Positions 9,947-21,488 of a DNA stretch of 64,000 nucleotides are shown here, in pieces (within the stretch, counting starts at the first letter, position 1; every line of letters starts with the position of its first letter). Position numbers and translations under genes: made by a program. The notes under the pieces are model-generated. The model was given only the letters and a program-made list of their open reading frames with translations, was not told where the DNA came from and made no database searches. Source of the stretch: Candidatus Atelocyanobacterium thalassae (GTDB lineage Bacteria > Cyanobacteriota > Cyanobacteriia > Cyanobacteriales > Microcystaceae); contig JBFPLN010000005.1 in NCBI GenBank assembly GCA_051971635.1, positions 105,182-169,181 of the forward strand, read 5' to 3'.

Positions 9947-11773
9947 TCAGAAGATTTCATGATTAGAAATAGTTTCTAACATATTATTTATAAAGTCATT
10001 AATAGGAATTAGACCTAATTCTCCCGATTGTCGAGTGCGAATATTTAAAGAATTGGTTTCCATTTCTTTTGAACCTATAATTGCCATAACAGGAATTTTT
10101 TGTTTTTCCCCCTTTCGAATCATTTTTCCAAGCCTTTCTCCTGAAGTATCAACCTCTGCTCTAATTTTTGATTTAAGCATGATTTGCGCCATATTTTTAG
10201 CATAGTCGAGATATAAATCACTGACAGGTAAGATACGTACTTGAACTGGAGATAACCATACAGGAAAGTCACCAGCAAATTCTTCAATTAGAATACCAAT
10301 TAAGCGTTCTAAAGATCCAAAAGGAGCTCGATGGATCATAATAGGCCTATGTCTATCGCCATTTTCTCCTACATACTCTAAATCAAATCTTTCAGGCAAG
10401 TTATAGTCAACCTGGACGGTTCCTAGCTGCCACTCTCTATCTAGGGCATCTTGAAAGATAAAATCTAATTTTGGGCCATAGAATGCTGCCTCTCCTTCTG
10501 CCTCAAAATAATCAATATTTAATAATTTAACTGCACGATAAATGGCATTTTGCGATTTTTCCCATACTTCATCGCTTCCAATATATTTATCAGAGTTAGG
10601 ATCTCGGAAGCTTAATCTTGCTTTAAATTTTTTAAGTTGCAAGTTTTCGAAGACTGAAAGGATTAAATTTACAACATTAAGAAATTCATCATCTAGTTGA
10701 TCAGGCTTAACAAACAGATGAGAGTCATCAACTGTAAAACTTCGTACACGAGTTAATCCACCTAGTTCACCTGATTTTTCATAACGATAGACAGTACCGA
10801 ACTCTGCTAATCGTACAGGTAAATCACGATAGGACCTTAGCTCACTTTTGTAAATTTGAATATGAAAAGGACAATTCATAGGTTTTAGAACAAATCCTAT
10901 CTCTTCATTTTTGGCATCTTCACTATCACTCATTAGAGGAAACATATCTTCTTTGTAATTTTGCCAATGACCAGAAGTTTTAAACAAGTCCACTTTTCCA
11001 ATATGAGGAGTTACTACTGGAAGATATCCTCGTTTCAATTGTTCTTCTTTTAAAAAGTTTTCTAAAACAGATCTGATTATAGTTCCTTTTGGAGTCCATA
11101 GTGGCAGACCAGGCCCTACAGAATTAGAAAAAATAAATAAGCCTAACTCCTTACCTAGTTTACGATGATCTCGTTTTAAAGCTTCTTCTTTGCGTTTTTT
11201 ATATGCTGCTAATTGTGCAGGGTTTTCCCAGGCAGTGCCGTAAATACGCTGCAATTGTGCTTTAGTCTCATCTCCTCTCCAATATGCTCCAGCTACTGAC
11301 TCTATTTCAAATGCTTTGGGATGTAGATCTGCAGTACTTTCTAAATGAGGACCACTACACAAATCCCACCATTCTTCTCCTAAATGGTACAAAGTAATAG
11401 GCGCTTGAATACTTTCAAGAATTTCTAGCTTATAAGGTTCCTGAGCCTCAATAATGCGTCTTTTAGCTTCTTCCAAAGTAATTTCTTCTTTTATTACTGG
11501 AAGCTTAGATTTAATGATCTTAATCATTTCTTTCTTAATACTTTTTAAATCTTGATCTAAAAAAGGCTTAGAAATATCAAAATCATAATAGAATCCTGTT
11601 TCTGTCCAAGGTCCGATTGTGACTTTTGCCTGAGGGAAAAGTTTTTGTACAGCCATAGCCATAATGTGAGAGGCAGTGTGGCGGATACATTTCAGTTTGT
11701 AAGACTCACTAGTACGGAGTAGCTTTATGGGTTGCTGCTCAGATTCTTCAATTAATATAGATTGTTTAACCAT
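9947..11773 (-). CDS. thrS: Threonine--tRNA ligase
   Basis: IRHTASH, RDHRKLG, LKPMNCPFH, EAAFYGPKLD, IHRAPFGSLER. Confidence 0.98.
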   Translation of the reverse strand: MVKQSILIEESEQQPIKLLRTSESYKLKCIRHTASHIMAMAVQKLFPQAKVTIGPWTETGFYYDFDISKPFLDQDLKSIKKEMIKIIKSKLPVIKEEITLEEAKRRIIEAQEPYKLEILESIQAPITLYHLGEEWWDLCSGPHLESTADLHPKAFEIESVAGAYWRGDETKAQLQRIYGTAWENPAQLAAYKKRKEEALKRDHRKLGKELGLFIFSNSVGPGLPLWTPKGTIIRSVLENFLKEEQLKRGYLPVVTPHIGKVDLFKTSGHWQNYKEDMFPLMSDSEDAKNEEIGFVLKPMNCPFHIQIYKSELRSYRDLPVRLAEFGTVYRYEKSGELGGLTRVRSFTVDDSHLFVKPDQLDDEFLNVVNLILSVFENLQLKKFKARLSFRDPNSDKYIGSDEVWEKSQNAIYRAVKLLNIDYFEAEGEAAFYGPKLDFIFQDALDREWQLGTVQVDYNLPERFDLEYVGENGDRHRPIMIHRAPFGSLERLIGILIEEFAGDFPVWLSPVQVRILPVSDLYLDYAKNMAQIMLKSKIRAEVDTSGERLGKMIRKGEKQKIPVMAIIGSKEMETNSLNIRTRQSGELGLIPINDFINNMLETISNHEIF

Positions 11774-11976
11774 TCACACCTATTTTCTATAATTTTTTGT
11801 TTAGTTTATTATGTACAAAGGAGTAAAAAAAAGATTGTGACATAATTGGTATAGTAATTCACTATAGTTTAAGTATAAAAATCTATTTTTTTTAAATATA
11901 AAAAGTTTTTATACTTTATGCCGTAAAATCAGCTATTCTAGCAGGAAGAGTTTTTATAATTAAAATTATACTATCC

Positions 11977-13260
11977 GTGTTAGACATTAAAAAAATACGA
12001 GAAAATCCAGAAGCAATACAAATTTTGCTTAATAGTCGTGAACCTTATCCGAAACATGATCTTAAACCTATCTTAAATTATGATAAACGTCAGAGAGAAT
12101 TAGAGGTTCTTCGTACTGAATTACAAACTAAAAGCAACGAAATTAGTAAACTAATTGGAAGCAAAATTAAAAGTGGGGCAGATCCAACAGCAGAAGAAAT
12201 TAACAAGCTCAGAGAACAAGGGAATAGTTTAAAAAAGAAACTTTTTGAATTAGAGCCTGAAGAGAAAAAAATAAAAGAGAAACTTGAAAATTTATTACTA
12301 CAACTCCCTAACTTACCCAGTTCCTCTGCACCCATAGGAAAAAATGAAACGGAAAACGTTGAAGTAAAAAGTTGGGGAGAAGAATATTTACCAAAAATAG
12401 AAGTATTACCTCATTGGGAAATTGCTGAAGAACTTGGTATCTTGGAAGTGGAAAAAGCTGTTAAAATAGCACAAAGTCGTTTTGTAGCATTGTTTGGAGC
12501 AGGAGCTGCACTGGAAAGAGCTCTAATAAGTTTTATGCTTGATCAGCATATAGCTTCAGGTTATTTAGAAGTTATGCCCCCTATTTTGGTCAATAGTAAT
12601 GCCTTAAGAGGAACAGGACAACTACCAAAATTTGCTGAAGAAAGTTTTTTTTGCCACGATGATGATTTATGGTTATCACCTACTGCCGAAGTTCCTTTGA
12701 TGAATCTCTATAGTAATGAAATTTTAGAAAAAGAAAAATTATCTATTAAGCATTGTGCCTTTACTCCCTGTTTTCGTCGAGAAGCAGGAAGTTATGGTAA
12801 AGATACAAGAGGCCTTATTCGACTTCACCAATTTAATAAAGTTGAACTAGTAAAAATTGTTCATCCTCAAAACTCAGAGGTAGAACATCAACAACTAGTG
12901 AAAGATGTGGAAGCTATCTTACAGGCTTTAAAGCTTCCATATCGGGTTTTAGAATTATGTACCGGAGATTTAGGTTTTGGCGCAGCAAAGTGTTACGACT
13001 TAGAAGTATGGCTACCTTCTTCTAATTCTTATAGAGAAATATCAAGTTGCTCTAACTGCTGGGATTTTCAAGCAAGACGTTCGAATATACGTTTTAGAGA
13101 GAAAGGTAAAAAAGGCACTACATATGTACATTCTCTAAACGGTTCGGGACTAGCTGTAGGAAGAACTATGGCGGCTATTTTAGAAAATTATCAGCAAGCT
13201 GATAAAACAATTAAAATACCTGATGTTTTACAGCCGTATCTAAAAAGAGAATTCTTATAG
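11977..13260 (+). CDS. serS: Serine--tRNA ligase
   Basis: [52 protein letters not shown] start. Confidence 0.98.
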   Translation: MLDIKKIRENPEAIQILLNSREPYPKHDLKPILNYDKRQRELEVLRTELQTKSNEISKLIGSKIKSGADPTAEEINKLREQGNSLKKKLFELEPEEKKIKEKLENLLLQLPNLPSSSAPIGKNETENVEVKSWGEEYLPKIEVLPHWEIAEELGILEVEKAVKIAQSRFVALFGAGAALERALISFMLDQHIASGYLEVMPPILVNSNALRGTGQLPKFAEESFFCHDDDLWLSPTAEVPLMNLYSNEILEKEKLSIKHCAFTPCFRREAGSYGKDTRGLIRLHQFNKVELVKIVHPQNSEVEHQQLVKDVEAILQALKLPYRVLELCTGDLGFGAAKCYDLEVWLPSSNSYREISSCSNCWDFQARRSNIRFREKGKKGTTYVHSLNGSGLAVGRTMAAILENYQQADKTIKIPDVLQPYLKREFL

Positions 13261-13405
13261 TTGCTGATTAATTCTGCATTGTTTAATTTTTTTTTGAAGC
13301 TTAAGTGTTAATTCATTATTAATTTTCAAGAAAAAATCATCTTTTAAAGCCATTGTGTGAGCTTCAATATAAATTCTGAACAAGGTACATCTTGATTTGC
13401 AGAAG

Positions 13406-13885
13406 TTATGCTACAGAAAATTCTTGTAATTTTTTCAAAACGACTTCACCATGGTTTTTAATTTTTACATTAGACCAAATGTAAGCAATATTTTTATTTG
13501 AATCAACCAAAAAAGTAGAGCGAACAATTCCCATGTATTCTTTTCCCATGAATTTTTTCAGTTTCCAAACATCATACATTTTTGCAACTTCATGATTACA
13601 GTCGGACAATAATTCCAGAGATAAATCATGTTTGTTAATAAAGTTAATATGTGATTTCTCAGAATCTGGACTAATACCTAAGACTCGAGCGTCTAAGGCT
13701 TTGAACTGAGGCATTAATTCTGTAAATTCTTTAGCTTCTTTTGTACAGCCAGATGTATTATCTTTAGGATAAAAGTATATAATCAACCACTTTTTAGATA
13801 TATCTTGTAGATAAACTTCTTTGCTATCTTGGTTATTGATTTTGAAATTAGGGGCAGGATCTCCAATCTTTAATAGATTATTCAT
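13406..13885 (-). CDS. bcp: BCP / peroxiredoxin Q
   Basis: IIYFYPKDNTSGCTKEA, KKFMGKEYMGIVRSTF. Confidence 0.93.
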   Translation of the reverse strand: MNNLLKIGDPAPNFKINNQDSKEVYLQDISKKWLIIYFYPKDNTSGCTKEAKEFTELMPQFKALDARVLGISPDSEKSHINFINKHDLSLELLSDCNHEVAKMYDVWKLKKFMGKEYMGIVRSTFLVDSNKNIAYIWSNVKIKNHGEVVLKKLQEFSVA

Positions 13886-14197
13886 AGAAAAAGATAAAAT
13901 AAATACATTTATAAGCTAAGAAATATAATATGTAAATATACCTTTTTACAAAGATTTTATCAAAAAATATTTTCTACACCCTATTTTATGAATTGTAAGA
14001 TAAAGATTCTGCAGATGAATATTTTGATAATTTATTCTAAATACTACCTTTTTTATAAACGGAAACTGGTCTTAACTTTAATCTTAAAAAAATAATTATC
14101 ATTAGAATACGAATATTTAATTAGAGAAGTTCGAGACTGTTTTTTTTAACAGTTAGTTTAAATAAAAAAGAAATACTTACAAGAACAATATTATATA

Positions 14198-15469
14198 TTA
14201 ATAAAATTTTTTTCTTTGTCTATGCTTAGAGACTGACGCCACTAGTCCTAGTGCAATAAAGTTGGTTAGTAAAGCCGATTTTCCATAACTAAGCCAGGGC
14301 AAAGGAATACCTGTAATAGGTGCTAAACCTACTGTCATGCAAATATTAACAATTACCTGAAATGAGGTCATTGATAAGACGCCTATAGCTAATAGAGATC
14401 CAAAATTTTCTTCTGCTTGAGAAGCAACTACAACGTATCTAAAGCATATTAACCAAAATATTATTAGAACTCCTATAGAACCAATAAATCCAAATTCTTC
14501 ACCTATAACTGAAAAAATAAAATCCGTATGCTGTTCAGGAACAAAATCTAACTGTGTTTGAGTTCCCTGAAATAATCCTCGTCCCCATAGTTCTCCTGAA
14601 CCAATTGCAATACGAGATTGTATTAGTTGATAACCTCCACCTAGAGGGTTTTTTTCGGGTTCTAAAAATAAGGTTAAGCGATCTTTTTGATAATCTTTTA
14701 ATAGTCCCCAGAAAATATTGCTTAGTCTACCTACAGAAAAATTGATACCTATAATTCCTATTGTGGAAGCGGAACGGTAAGGTAATGTAAGCCAAGAGGT
14801 AATACCCATAATCATTGTCCAGAAGATCCAAGCAATAAAAGAAATATTGAATAAAATGGCTGAAATAATAGGAGACATTAGTAAAACCAACCAACTAGGA
14901 TGTATATTTGCCCAATAGAGCATTCCGAATGTAATTGCTCCAAATACTAATCCTGTCCCTAAATCAGGTTGACACATTATTAAAGCCCAAGGAACAAAAG
15001 TTATCCCTAAAACACGTAATACTGATATGCTCCTACTAGCATCATTGCGATGCAACAATGCGGCTAAAGTAATTATTAATCCAACCTTAGCAAACTCTGA
15101 AGGCTGGATATTAAATCCTCCAATTTTAATCCAACTTTGAGCTCCATTTGCAGTTACGCCAAGAACAATAACTGCTATTAATGAAATATTTGTTATGAAA
15201 TAAATTAACCAATGCCATATCATTAATTTTTTGTAGTTAAATCTAGCTATAAAAAGCATTATGATAAAGCCAATACTTCCTGATAATAAATGTTGTAAAT
15301 AATTAATAGAAGTTTCATTTAATTCAGTACTTTTAATAATCAGTCCGCCTAAACTAGTTAAACTAATTACAAGTATTAATAATAACCAATCAATTTCAAA
15401 AAAAAGAGATAGCCATGAATCAGAAAAGCGCTTATTTTTTTGAAAGTTGTATTTTTTGGACCTTAACAT
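14198..15469 (-). CDS. rodA: Rod shape-determining SEDS protein RodA
   Basis: IQPSEFAK, QPDLGT, GYQLIQSRIAIGSG, PEQHTDFIFS, TGIPLPWLSYG; mrp-rodA synteny. Confidence 0.95.
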   Translation of the reverse strand: MLRSKKYNFQKNKRFSDSWLSLFFEIDWLLLILVISLTSLGGLIIKSTELNETSINYLQHLLSGSIGFIIMLFIARFNYKKLMIWHWLIYFITNISLIAVIVLGVTANGAQSWIKIGGFNIQPSEFAKVGLIITLAALLHRNDASRSISVLRVLGITFVPWALIMCQPDLGTGLVFGAITFGMLYWANIHPSWLVLLMSPIISAILFNISFIAWIFWTMIMGITSWLTLPYRSASTIGIIGINFSVGRLSNIFWGLLKDYQKDRLTLFLEPEKNPLGGGYQLIQSRIAIGSGELWGRGLFQGTQTQLDFVPEQHTDFIFSVIGEEFGFIGSIGVLIIFWLICFRYVVVASQAEENFGSLLAIGVLSMTSFQVIVNICMTVGLAPITGIPLPWLSYGKSALLTNFIALGLVASVSKHRQRKKFY

Positions 15470-15558
15470 AATGATTGTGAAGATTGCTTACATAAACAAT
15501 ATATTTCTCTAAGGCAAAAATTTTAAAGCTTATACGAAATAAGATATTGTTACTTAGT

Positions 15559-16620
15559 TTATGCCAAAGCTGCCATCGATGTCTTACCAGCAATTTGTTG
15601 AGCAATAAGTCTTAAAGCTTTAGCTGAAGCTGACTGCGGGTGGGATATCGAAATAGGTACTCCCTTATCTCCCCCTTCTCTTAGAGACATTTCTAGAGGG
15701 ATAAGGCCTAATAAAGGAATCTTTAACTCTTGTGATGCTTTTACTCCTCCACCGGATCCAAATATATCATAGGAATGGTTGGGCAAATCTGGAGGAATAA
15801 AGTAACTCATATTTTCGACAATACCTAAAATATTAATTTTTAGCTGTTCAAACATTTTAATTCCCCTATATGCATCTACTAAAGAAACATTTTGTGGGGT
15901 GGTCACAATGACGGCTCCTGCCATAGGAACTGACTGTGCTAAAGTCAATTGCACGTCTCCTGTTCCAGGAGGCATGTCAACTATTAAATAGTCAAGTGAG
16001 CCCCAGTCAACTTGATATAAAAATTGGCGAACAATTCCATTTAACATGGGACCTCGCCAAACTACTGGTTGACCAGGATTGATTAAAAACCCCATTGATA
16101 CCATCTTAATTCCATGGCTGAAGATAGGTTCTAGAACATCTCCCTCTGGTCTTTTTTGAACTGTAACTTGATAATCCTCTACTCCAAGCATTGTAGGTGT
16201 ATTAGGTCCATAGATATCAGCATCAAGCAGCCCAACTTTTGCTCCCATCTGTGCTAAGGAAATAGCAGTATTAACTGCTACAGTACTTTTTCCTACGCCC
16301 CCTTTTCCACTAGAAACGGCAATTATATTTTTCACTCCTGATATAGACTTCTGAGTAGACAAAGCTTTTTGCATAGGAGTTTCTGACGTCACTTCTATTT
16401 CGACATCTTGAACTTCTGGTAATTTTTCTAGTGCTTGTTTACAGTCTTGAATAATTAGTTCTTTTAGAGGACACGCTGGGGTAGTTAATACTAAAGTAAA
16501 TTTAACTTTATTATCTTTTATTGAAACATTACGAATCATATTAAGGGCTATTAAACTCTTTTTTAATTCTGGATCTTGAACAGGCTGTAAAGCATCTAAA
16601 ACTGATTGATTATCAAGCAT
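15559..16620 (-). CDS. mrp: Mrp/ApbC (NBP35) Fe-S cluster carrier ATPase
   Basis: LTTPACP, AVSSGKGGVGKST, DADIYGP, DMPPGTGD, ENMS. Confidence 0.95.
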   Translation of the reverse strand: MLDNQSVLDALQPVQDPELKKSLIALNMIRNVSIKDNKVKFTLVLTTPACPLKELIIQDCKQALEKLPEVQDVEIEVTSETPMQKALSTQKSISGVKNIIAVSSGKGGVGKSTVAVNTAISLAQMGAKVGLLDADIYGPNTPTMLGVEDYQVTVQKRPEGDVLEPIFSHGIKMVSMGFLINPGQPVVWRGPMLNGIVRQFLYQVDWGSLDYLIVDMPPGTGDVQLTLAQSVPMAGAVIVTTPQNVSLVDAYRGIKMFEQLKINILGIVENMSYFIPPDLPNHSYDIFGSGGGVKASQELKIPLLGLIPLEMSLREGGDKGVPISISHPQSASAKALRLIAQQIAGKTSMAALA

Positions 16621-17137
16621 AATAATTTATTAATTTTTGTAGATTTCAATAAAGGCTTTTTATCGCATTTACTTATTAGATATTAGCTGGTTTTTACTTT
16701 ATGTGTTATTTTGCGTTTTATTGAAATAAAAACCAAATTTAAGAAATGCAAAAGGAATAATAAATATTAATAACAATAGCTGTTATTGATGTTTGTCTAC
16801 ATGGCAACTATGTATGTTGTCTACACAATGAATATTTACTACATAACTAAATAAGTTTCTACTTTTATTTTTTTGATAACAATATTTACACGATTTATAA
16901 GAAATAATAATTATGTTCATAAAAAACATATTATTTTAATGACTTTATATTTGAAATAAATAAAATACTTTTATCTTTAATAAGTAACATACTGACTGAA
17001 TTTTATCTGTCAAGAATATTATATTTGCTCATTATTTTATTTTAAACTCAGAACCTAAAAAACTTTTTTGATAACTGACAGAATTTCAATAAGCAAGATA
17101 TAATTTGTTATGAAGCTATTATTAAAAAAACTATCAA

Positions 17138-17443
17138 ATGAATAATTCTGTTCTTGAGGCCTTCTTTTTAGGCCGAGCATTTGCTGAAGTACTCGGTGAA
17201 AAAATCGAAGAATCTTTAACTAATACACTTAGTGAATTAAGTAAGTTAAGTGTTGAACAAAGAGAAAATTTAGATGATTTTTTTCAAGAAATACAAACAC
17301 GTGCAAAACAAAATTTAACACAAGATGATTCTAACAATATTACTGTAAATGATTTTTCATCTATAGATCTCCAAGAAACTATTGATGATTTAAGAGCAGA
17401 AATTGCTCGTCTTAAGACAGAACTGAGAAATTATCATAATTGA
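17138..17443 (+). CDS. Conserved cyanobacterial protein (Sll1769-like)
   Basis: AFFLGRAFAEVL...DLQETIDDLRAEIARLKTELRNY; paired with an ABC1 kinase. Confidence 0.8.
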   Translation: MNNSVLEAFFLGRAFAEVLGEKIEESLTNTLSELSKLSVEQRENLDDFFQEIQTRAKQNLTQDDSNNITVNDFSSIDLQETIDDLRAEIARLKTELRNYHN

Positions 17444-17517
17444 AAATGTTAATTTTTTAAATCTTTTCTAGAATTTTCATATATAAAGTTAAGTACAAAA
17501 TAGTTAAAATAAATCGA

Positions 17518-19248
17518 GTGCCTGCTCTACCTCAAAAAGTCAGTTCTTTTTCATCTACAAATATTCATTTATCTGTAAAAAGTAAAAAATATCGCTGGAA
17601 TAGTAATGATTATTCTAGTATTCATCGTCGTTTAGATATTTGGTTATTTTTTTTATCTCTTATGTTCAAACTATGGCTTAACAGTAAAAAATTTAGCTAT
17701 AGAGGAGAACGAACTCAAGCAAAACTAATTAAACGAAGAAGAGCATTAGCAGTCTGGATACGTGAAAAATTATTAGACTTAGGTCCAACTTTTATTAAAG
17801 TTGGACAGCTTTTTTCCACTCGTGCAGATCTTTTTCCTCCCGAATGTGTAGAGGAACTATCAAAACTACAAGATGAAGTTCCTGCCTTTAGTTACGATGA
17901 AGTGAAAAGAATTATTGAGAAAGACTTAGGAAAACCTTTGTCTCAAATTTTTTATTCTTTTAATTCTTTCCCTATTGCAGCTGCAAGTCTTGGACAAGTT
18001 CATAAAGCTACATTACATTCTGGAGAGGAAGTTGCTGTTAAAATACAACGTCCTGGTCTTAAAAAATTATTTACTATTGATTTAGCAATTCTGAAGCGAA
18101 TTACTTACTATTTCCAAAATAATCCTAAGTGGAACAGAGGCAAGGATTGGATTAGTATTTATAACGAATGTTATAAAATTCTCTGGTCAGAAACAGATTA
18201 TCTAAAAGAAGGAAAAAATGCAGATACTTTCCGTCGTAATTTTCAAAACAGGAATTGGGTTAAGGTACCGCGAGTCTATTGGCGCTACACTGCTTCTCAT
18301 ATCTTAACATTAGAGTACCTTCCAGGAATCAAGATCAATAATTATAAAGAGCTAGAAAATTTAGGATTAGATCGTAAAGTATTGGCTAAATTAAATGCAG
18401 AGGCTTATTTACATCAAATATTAAATGATGGCTTTTTTCATGCTGATCCTCATCCTGGAAATGTTTCAATTGACAAAAATGGAGCTTTGATATTTTATGA
18501 TTTTGGAATGATGGGAACTATTAATCCTGATGTTAGGAAAAAATTAATGAGTGCCTTTGTTGGTATTACCCAAAAAGACAGTGACAAAATAATATTTTCT
18601 TTAGTTGGATTAGATATATTAGATTCAAAAAGCGACATTGGTCCAGTTAGGCGTTCCATACAGTTCATGTTAGATAACCTCATGGATAAGCCTATGAAAG
18701 AACAGTCTATCGCTGCTATTAATGATGATTTATATGAAATTGCTTACAATCAATCTTTAAATTTTCCTGCTACATTTACTTTCGTAATGCGTGCATTTTC
18801 TATTTTAGAAGGTGTTGGAAAAGGTTTGGACCCTGAATTTAATTTTATGGAAGCTGCTAAGCCTTTTGTTTTAGATTTAATAAATTTTCTTACTAAAGAT
18901 ACTAACAATAATTTCCTAAATGAATTCTCTAATCAAATAATGGAACTTGGAAGCGTAACTTTAGGGCTACCAAGCTCCATTAACAGTACGCTTAGAAAAA
19001 TTGATCAGGGTGACATAAAATTAAGAGTTCGCTCAGTTGAGTCAAATAGAATTTTACAACGACTCAGCATGATACAAATGGCAACTTTTTGGGGAAGTTT
19101 CATTAGCTCACTGTTGATTTGTACAACTCTTTTATTTATCAATAATTATTTAAATATAGCCTTAGTAGTTATGGTAATCACATTAATTTTACTATGTATT
19201 TTAGTTAATCTTTTTTACCGTATAAATCGTTTAGATAAGCGATTTTAA
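17518..19248 (+). CDS. ABC1/AarF/UbiB family atypical kinase (Sll1770/SpkI-like)
   Basis: LGPTFIKVGQ, AAASLGQVH, VAVKIQRP, FFHADPHPGN, DFGMMG; C-terminal TM helices. Confidence 0.92.
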   Translation: MPALPQKVSSFSSTNIHLSVKSKKYRWNSNDYSSIHRRLDIWLFFLSLMFKLWLNSKKFSYRGERTQAKLIKRRRALAVWIREKLLDLGPTFIKVGQLFSTRADLFPPECVEELSKLQDEVPAFSYDEVKRIIEKDLGKPLSQIFYSFNSFPIAAASLGQVHKATLHSGEEVAVKIQRPGLKKLFTIDLAILKRITYYFQNNPKWNRGKDWISIYNECYKILWSETDYLKEGKNADTFRRNFQNRNWVKVPRVYWRYTASHILTLEYLPGIKINNYKELENLGLDRKVLAKLNAEAYLHQILNDGFFHADPHPGNVSIDKNGALIFYDFGMMGTINPDVRKKLMSAFVGITQKDSDKIIFSLVGLDILDSKSDIGPVRRSIQFMLDNLMDKPMKEQSIAAINDDLYEIAYNQSLNFPATFTFVMRAFSILEGVGKGLDPEFNFMEAAKPFVLDLINFLTKDTNNNFLNEFSNQIMELGSVTLGLPSSINSTLRKIDQGDIKLRVRSVESNRILQRLSMIQMATFWGSFISSLLICTTLLFINNYLNIALVVMVITLILLCILVNLFYRINRLDKRF

Positions 19249-19479
19249 ATGAAAAATATTAAATTAATATGCGATAGCTTCTTGGTAGCTTATATACTAT
19301 TTAAGACTATCAACTTTATATAGATTTGAATATAGTAAGTACATTTACTTAGTAAATACTTTTCAGGACTAAATTATATAAAATTCACACCGTAACCTAT
19401 TACAATAAAATTATTTATTAAAAATGTATCCTTAGGTTACAATAAGTTGTTTTTCGACTAAAATCACTTGAATCAAACT

Positions 19480-20169
19480 ATGAAAATTAATACTGATGAT
19501 AAAACTGTTGTTAAAGACTATTTCAATGCTATAGGGTTTGACAGATGGCAAAACATTTACGGTAATGGGAAAGTTAATAAAGTTCAAGAAGATATTCGCC
19601 TTGGACATCAACGAACTATTAATACAGTATTAGATTGGCTAAAGTCCGATAATGATTTATCTGGATTGATGATTTGTGATGCTGGATGCGGTGTAGGGAG
19701 TTTAAGTATTCCTCTGGCCAAAGAAGGAGCGATAGTTAGTGCCAGTGATATCTCAGACAAAATGGTTGTAGAAGCAGAAAAGAGAGCAAAGAATGTATTG
19801 GGTAACGTCAACAATATTGATTTTTATGTTCAAGATTTAGAAGAATTAAAAGGTAATTTCCATACAATAATTTGTCTTGATGTCTTAATTCACTATCCTA
19901 CTAATGACGCAGCTAAAATGATTAATCATTTAGCTTCATTGACTAATTGCAGAATTATCTTAAGCTTTGCCCCCAAAACTTTTTACTTAACTATTCTCAA
20001 GAAAATTGGTGAGCTTTTTCCTGGTCCTAGTAAGACAACTCGCGCTTATCAACATAGTCAAGATAGCATAATACAAACTTTAAAAGAGAATGGCTTTAAA
20101 GTTCATCGTAAAGGAATGACAAGTACTAAATTTTATTATTCTCAAATTATTGAAGCAATTAAAGAGTAA
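19480..20169 (+). CDS. chlM: Mg-protoporphyrin IX methyltransferase
   Basis: DKTVVKDYFNAIGFDRW, ICDAGCGVGSL, CLDVLIHYP, FPGPSKTTRAY; ATG 19480 or TTG 19468 start. Confidence 0.97.
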   Translation: MKINTDDKTVVKDYFNAIGFDRWQNIYGNGKVNKVQEDIRLGHQRTINTVLDWLKSDNDLSGLMICDAGCGVGSLSIPLAKEGAIVSASDISDKMVVEAEKRAKNVLGNVNNIDFYVQDLEELKGNFHTIICLDVLIHYPTNDAAKMINHLASLTNCRIILSFAPKTFYLTILKKIGELFPGPSKTTRAYQHSQDSIIQTLKENGFKVHRKGMTSTKFYYSQIIEAIKE

Positions 20170-21488
20170 ATATCGGATGTAATACGTTGCCTTGTTAAAT
20201 ATTTTGGGAAACATAAACATCTAGATACGTAATCTATTTTGAAAAGTCGACTCTAATTTGGAGCACTGAAAAATGATCTCATTCTTTATTAATACAATAA
20301 AAATATTAATTATCTATTGATATTTTTGTAGTAATGTTTCATTAAGAATAATTGCGTTTTTAATAATTACAAAACATCATAAGTATTGAATCTTTTACCT
20401 TTACAGTTAGATTTTTATTCATAATAACTACATTATACAAAAAATAATATTTTAATAAAACTGTTTTTGCCTATATCTATAGTGATTATTATAAAAACTA
20501 TTAATAGTTGAAGATTTATAACAATCTGATTCTATAATTATTATTTTTTTCAACGTAGATATCTATTCCAGTAGGATTTCTAGTTTTACTAGATTAATAA
20601 ATAAGATAGCTTTATTAACACTTTCTTACTAAGTAGAGAAACTTCCATTAGTACTGTATACAGTTATTTATTTTTGGTTCAATCATAAAGTAAAAGTTTT
20701 AGACTGCATTCGACTTAATTCATTTTTTATAAGCTTTTGAGCAAAACAAGTAATCACATCTTGATTATTAATCCTTGTTAAGCCAAGACAATAAGTTCTC
20801 TTAGAAATAACAATTAAAGTCATATCAGTATTAAACTCTTTATGTTATCTAACAAAATCACTATAATCTATAAGGTAAAAATTATCATTAAATATCTATC
20901 AATATTCTATTCATTAAACAGCCCAAAATATTACTAGATAGTATTTTCTATACCGAGAATTAGCTCAAATTCTCTTTTATTTTCTATGCTGCTAAAATTT
21001 TTACTAGTTTACTAACAAGAGAAACAAAATTGTGTATGCAGGTTGAATAAAAGTTTAATAAAACAGGATTAAAATACAAGTTGTCTATACTTATTTATTA
21101 ATAAAGTAACAGCTGTTTTTATTTTTAATTTAATTAAAGAATATAAATAATTATCTTCACTATCTTTTGGTGCAGTTACCAAAACTTGTTTTATACATAC
21201 TTCATGATTATTTTTTAAGCAAAATTTAAAGTTGAGGTAAAGAAATGAAAGAGATAATACAAATTATACATTGAAATTATTTTTAAGAAAGAAAGACTAT
21301 AACGCAAACAATAAAACCATCATCATAGGTAATAAAAGGAATGTTCCACGAAAATTAGTAACATTTGGTACTAATTACTATTGTAATCAAAAAAGTATTT
21401 CTATTTAAGAAACATAGAAAATTTTAGGAATAGTTATAATAGATTAAAGACGGTAAATTTATCAGTTATTTGTGATGGTAGTACTTCC

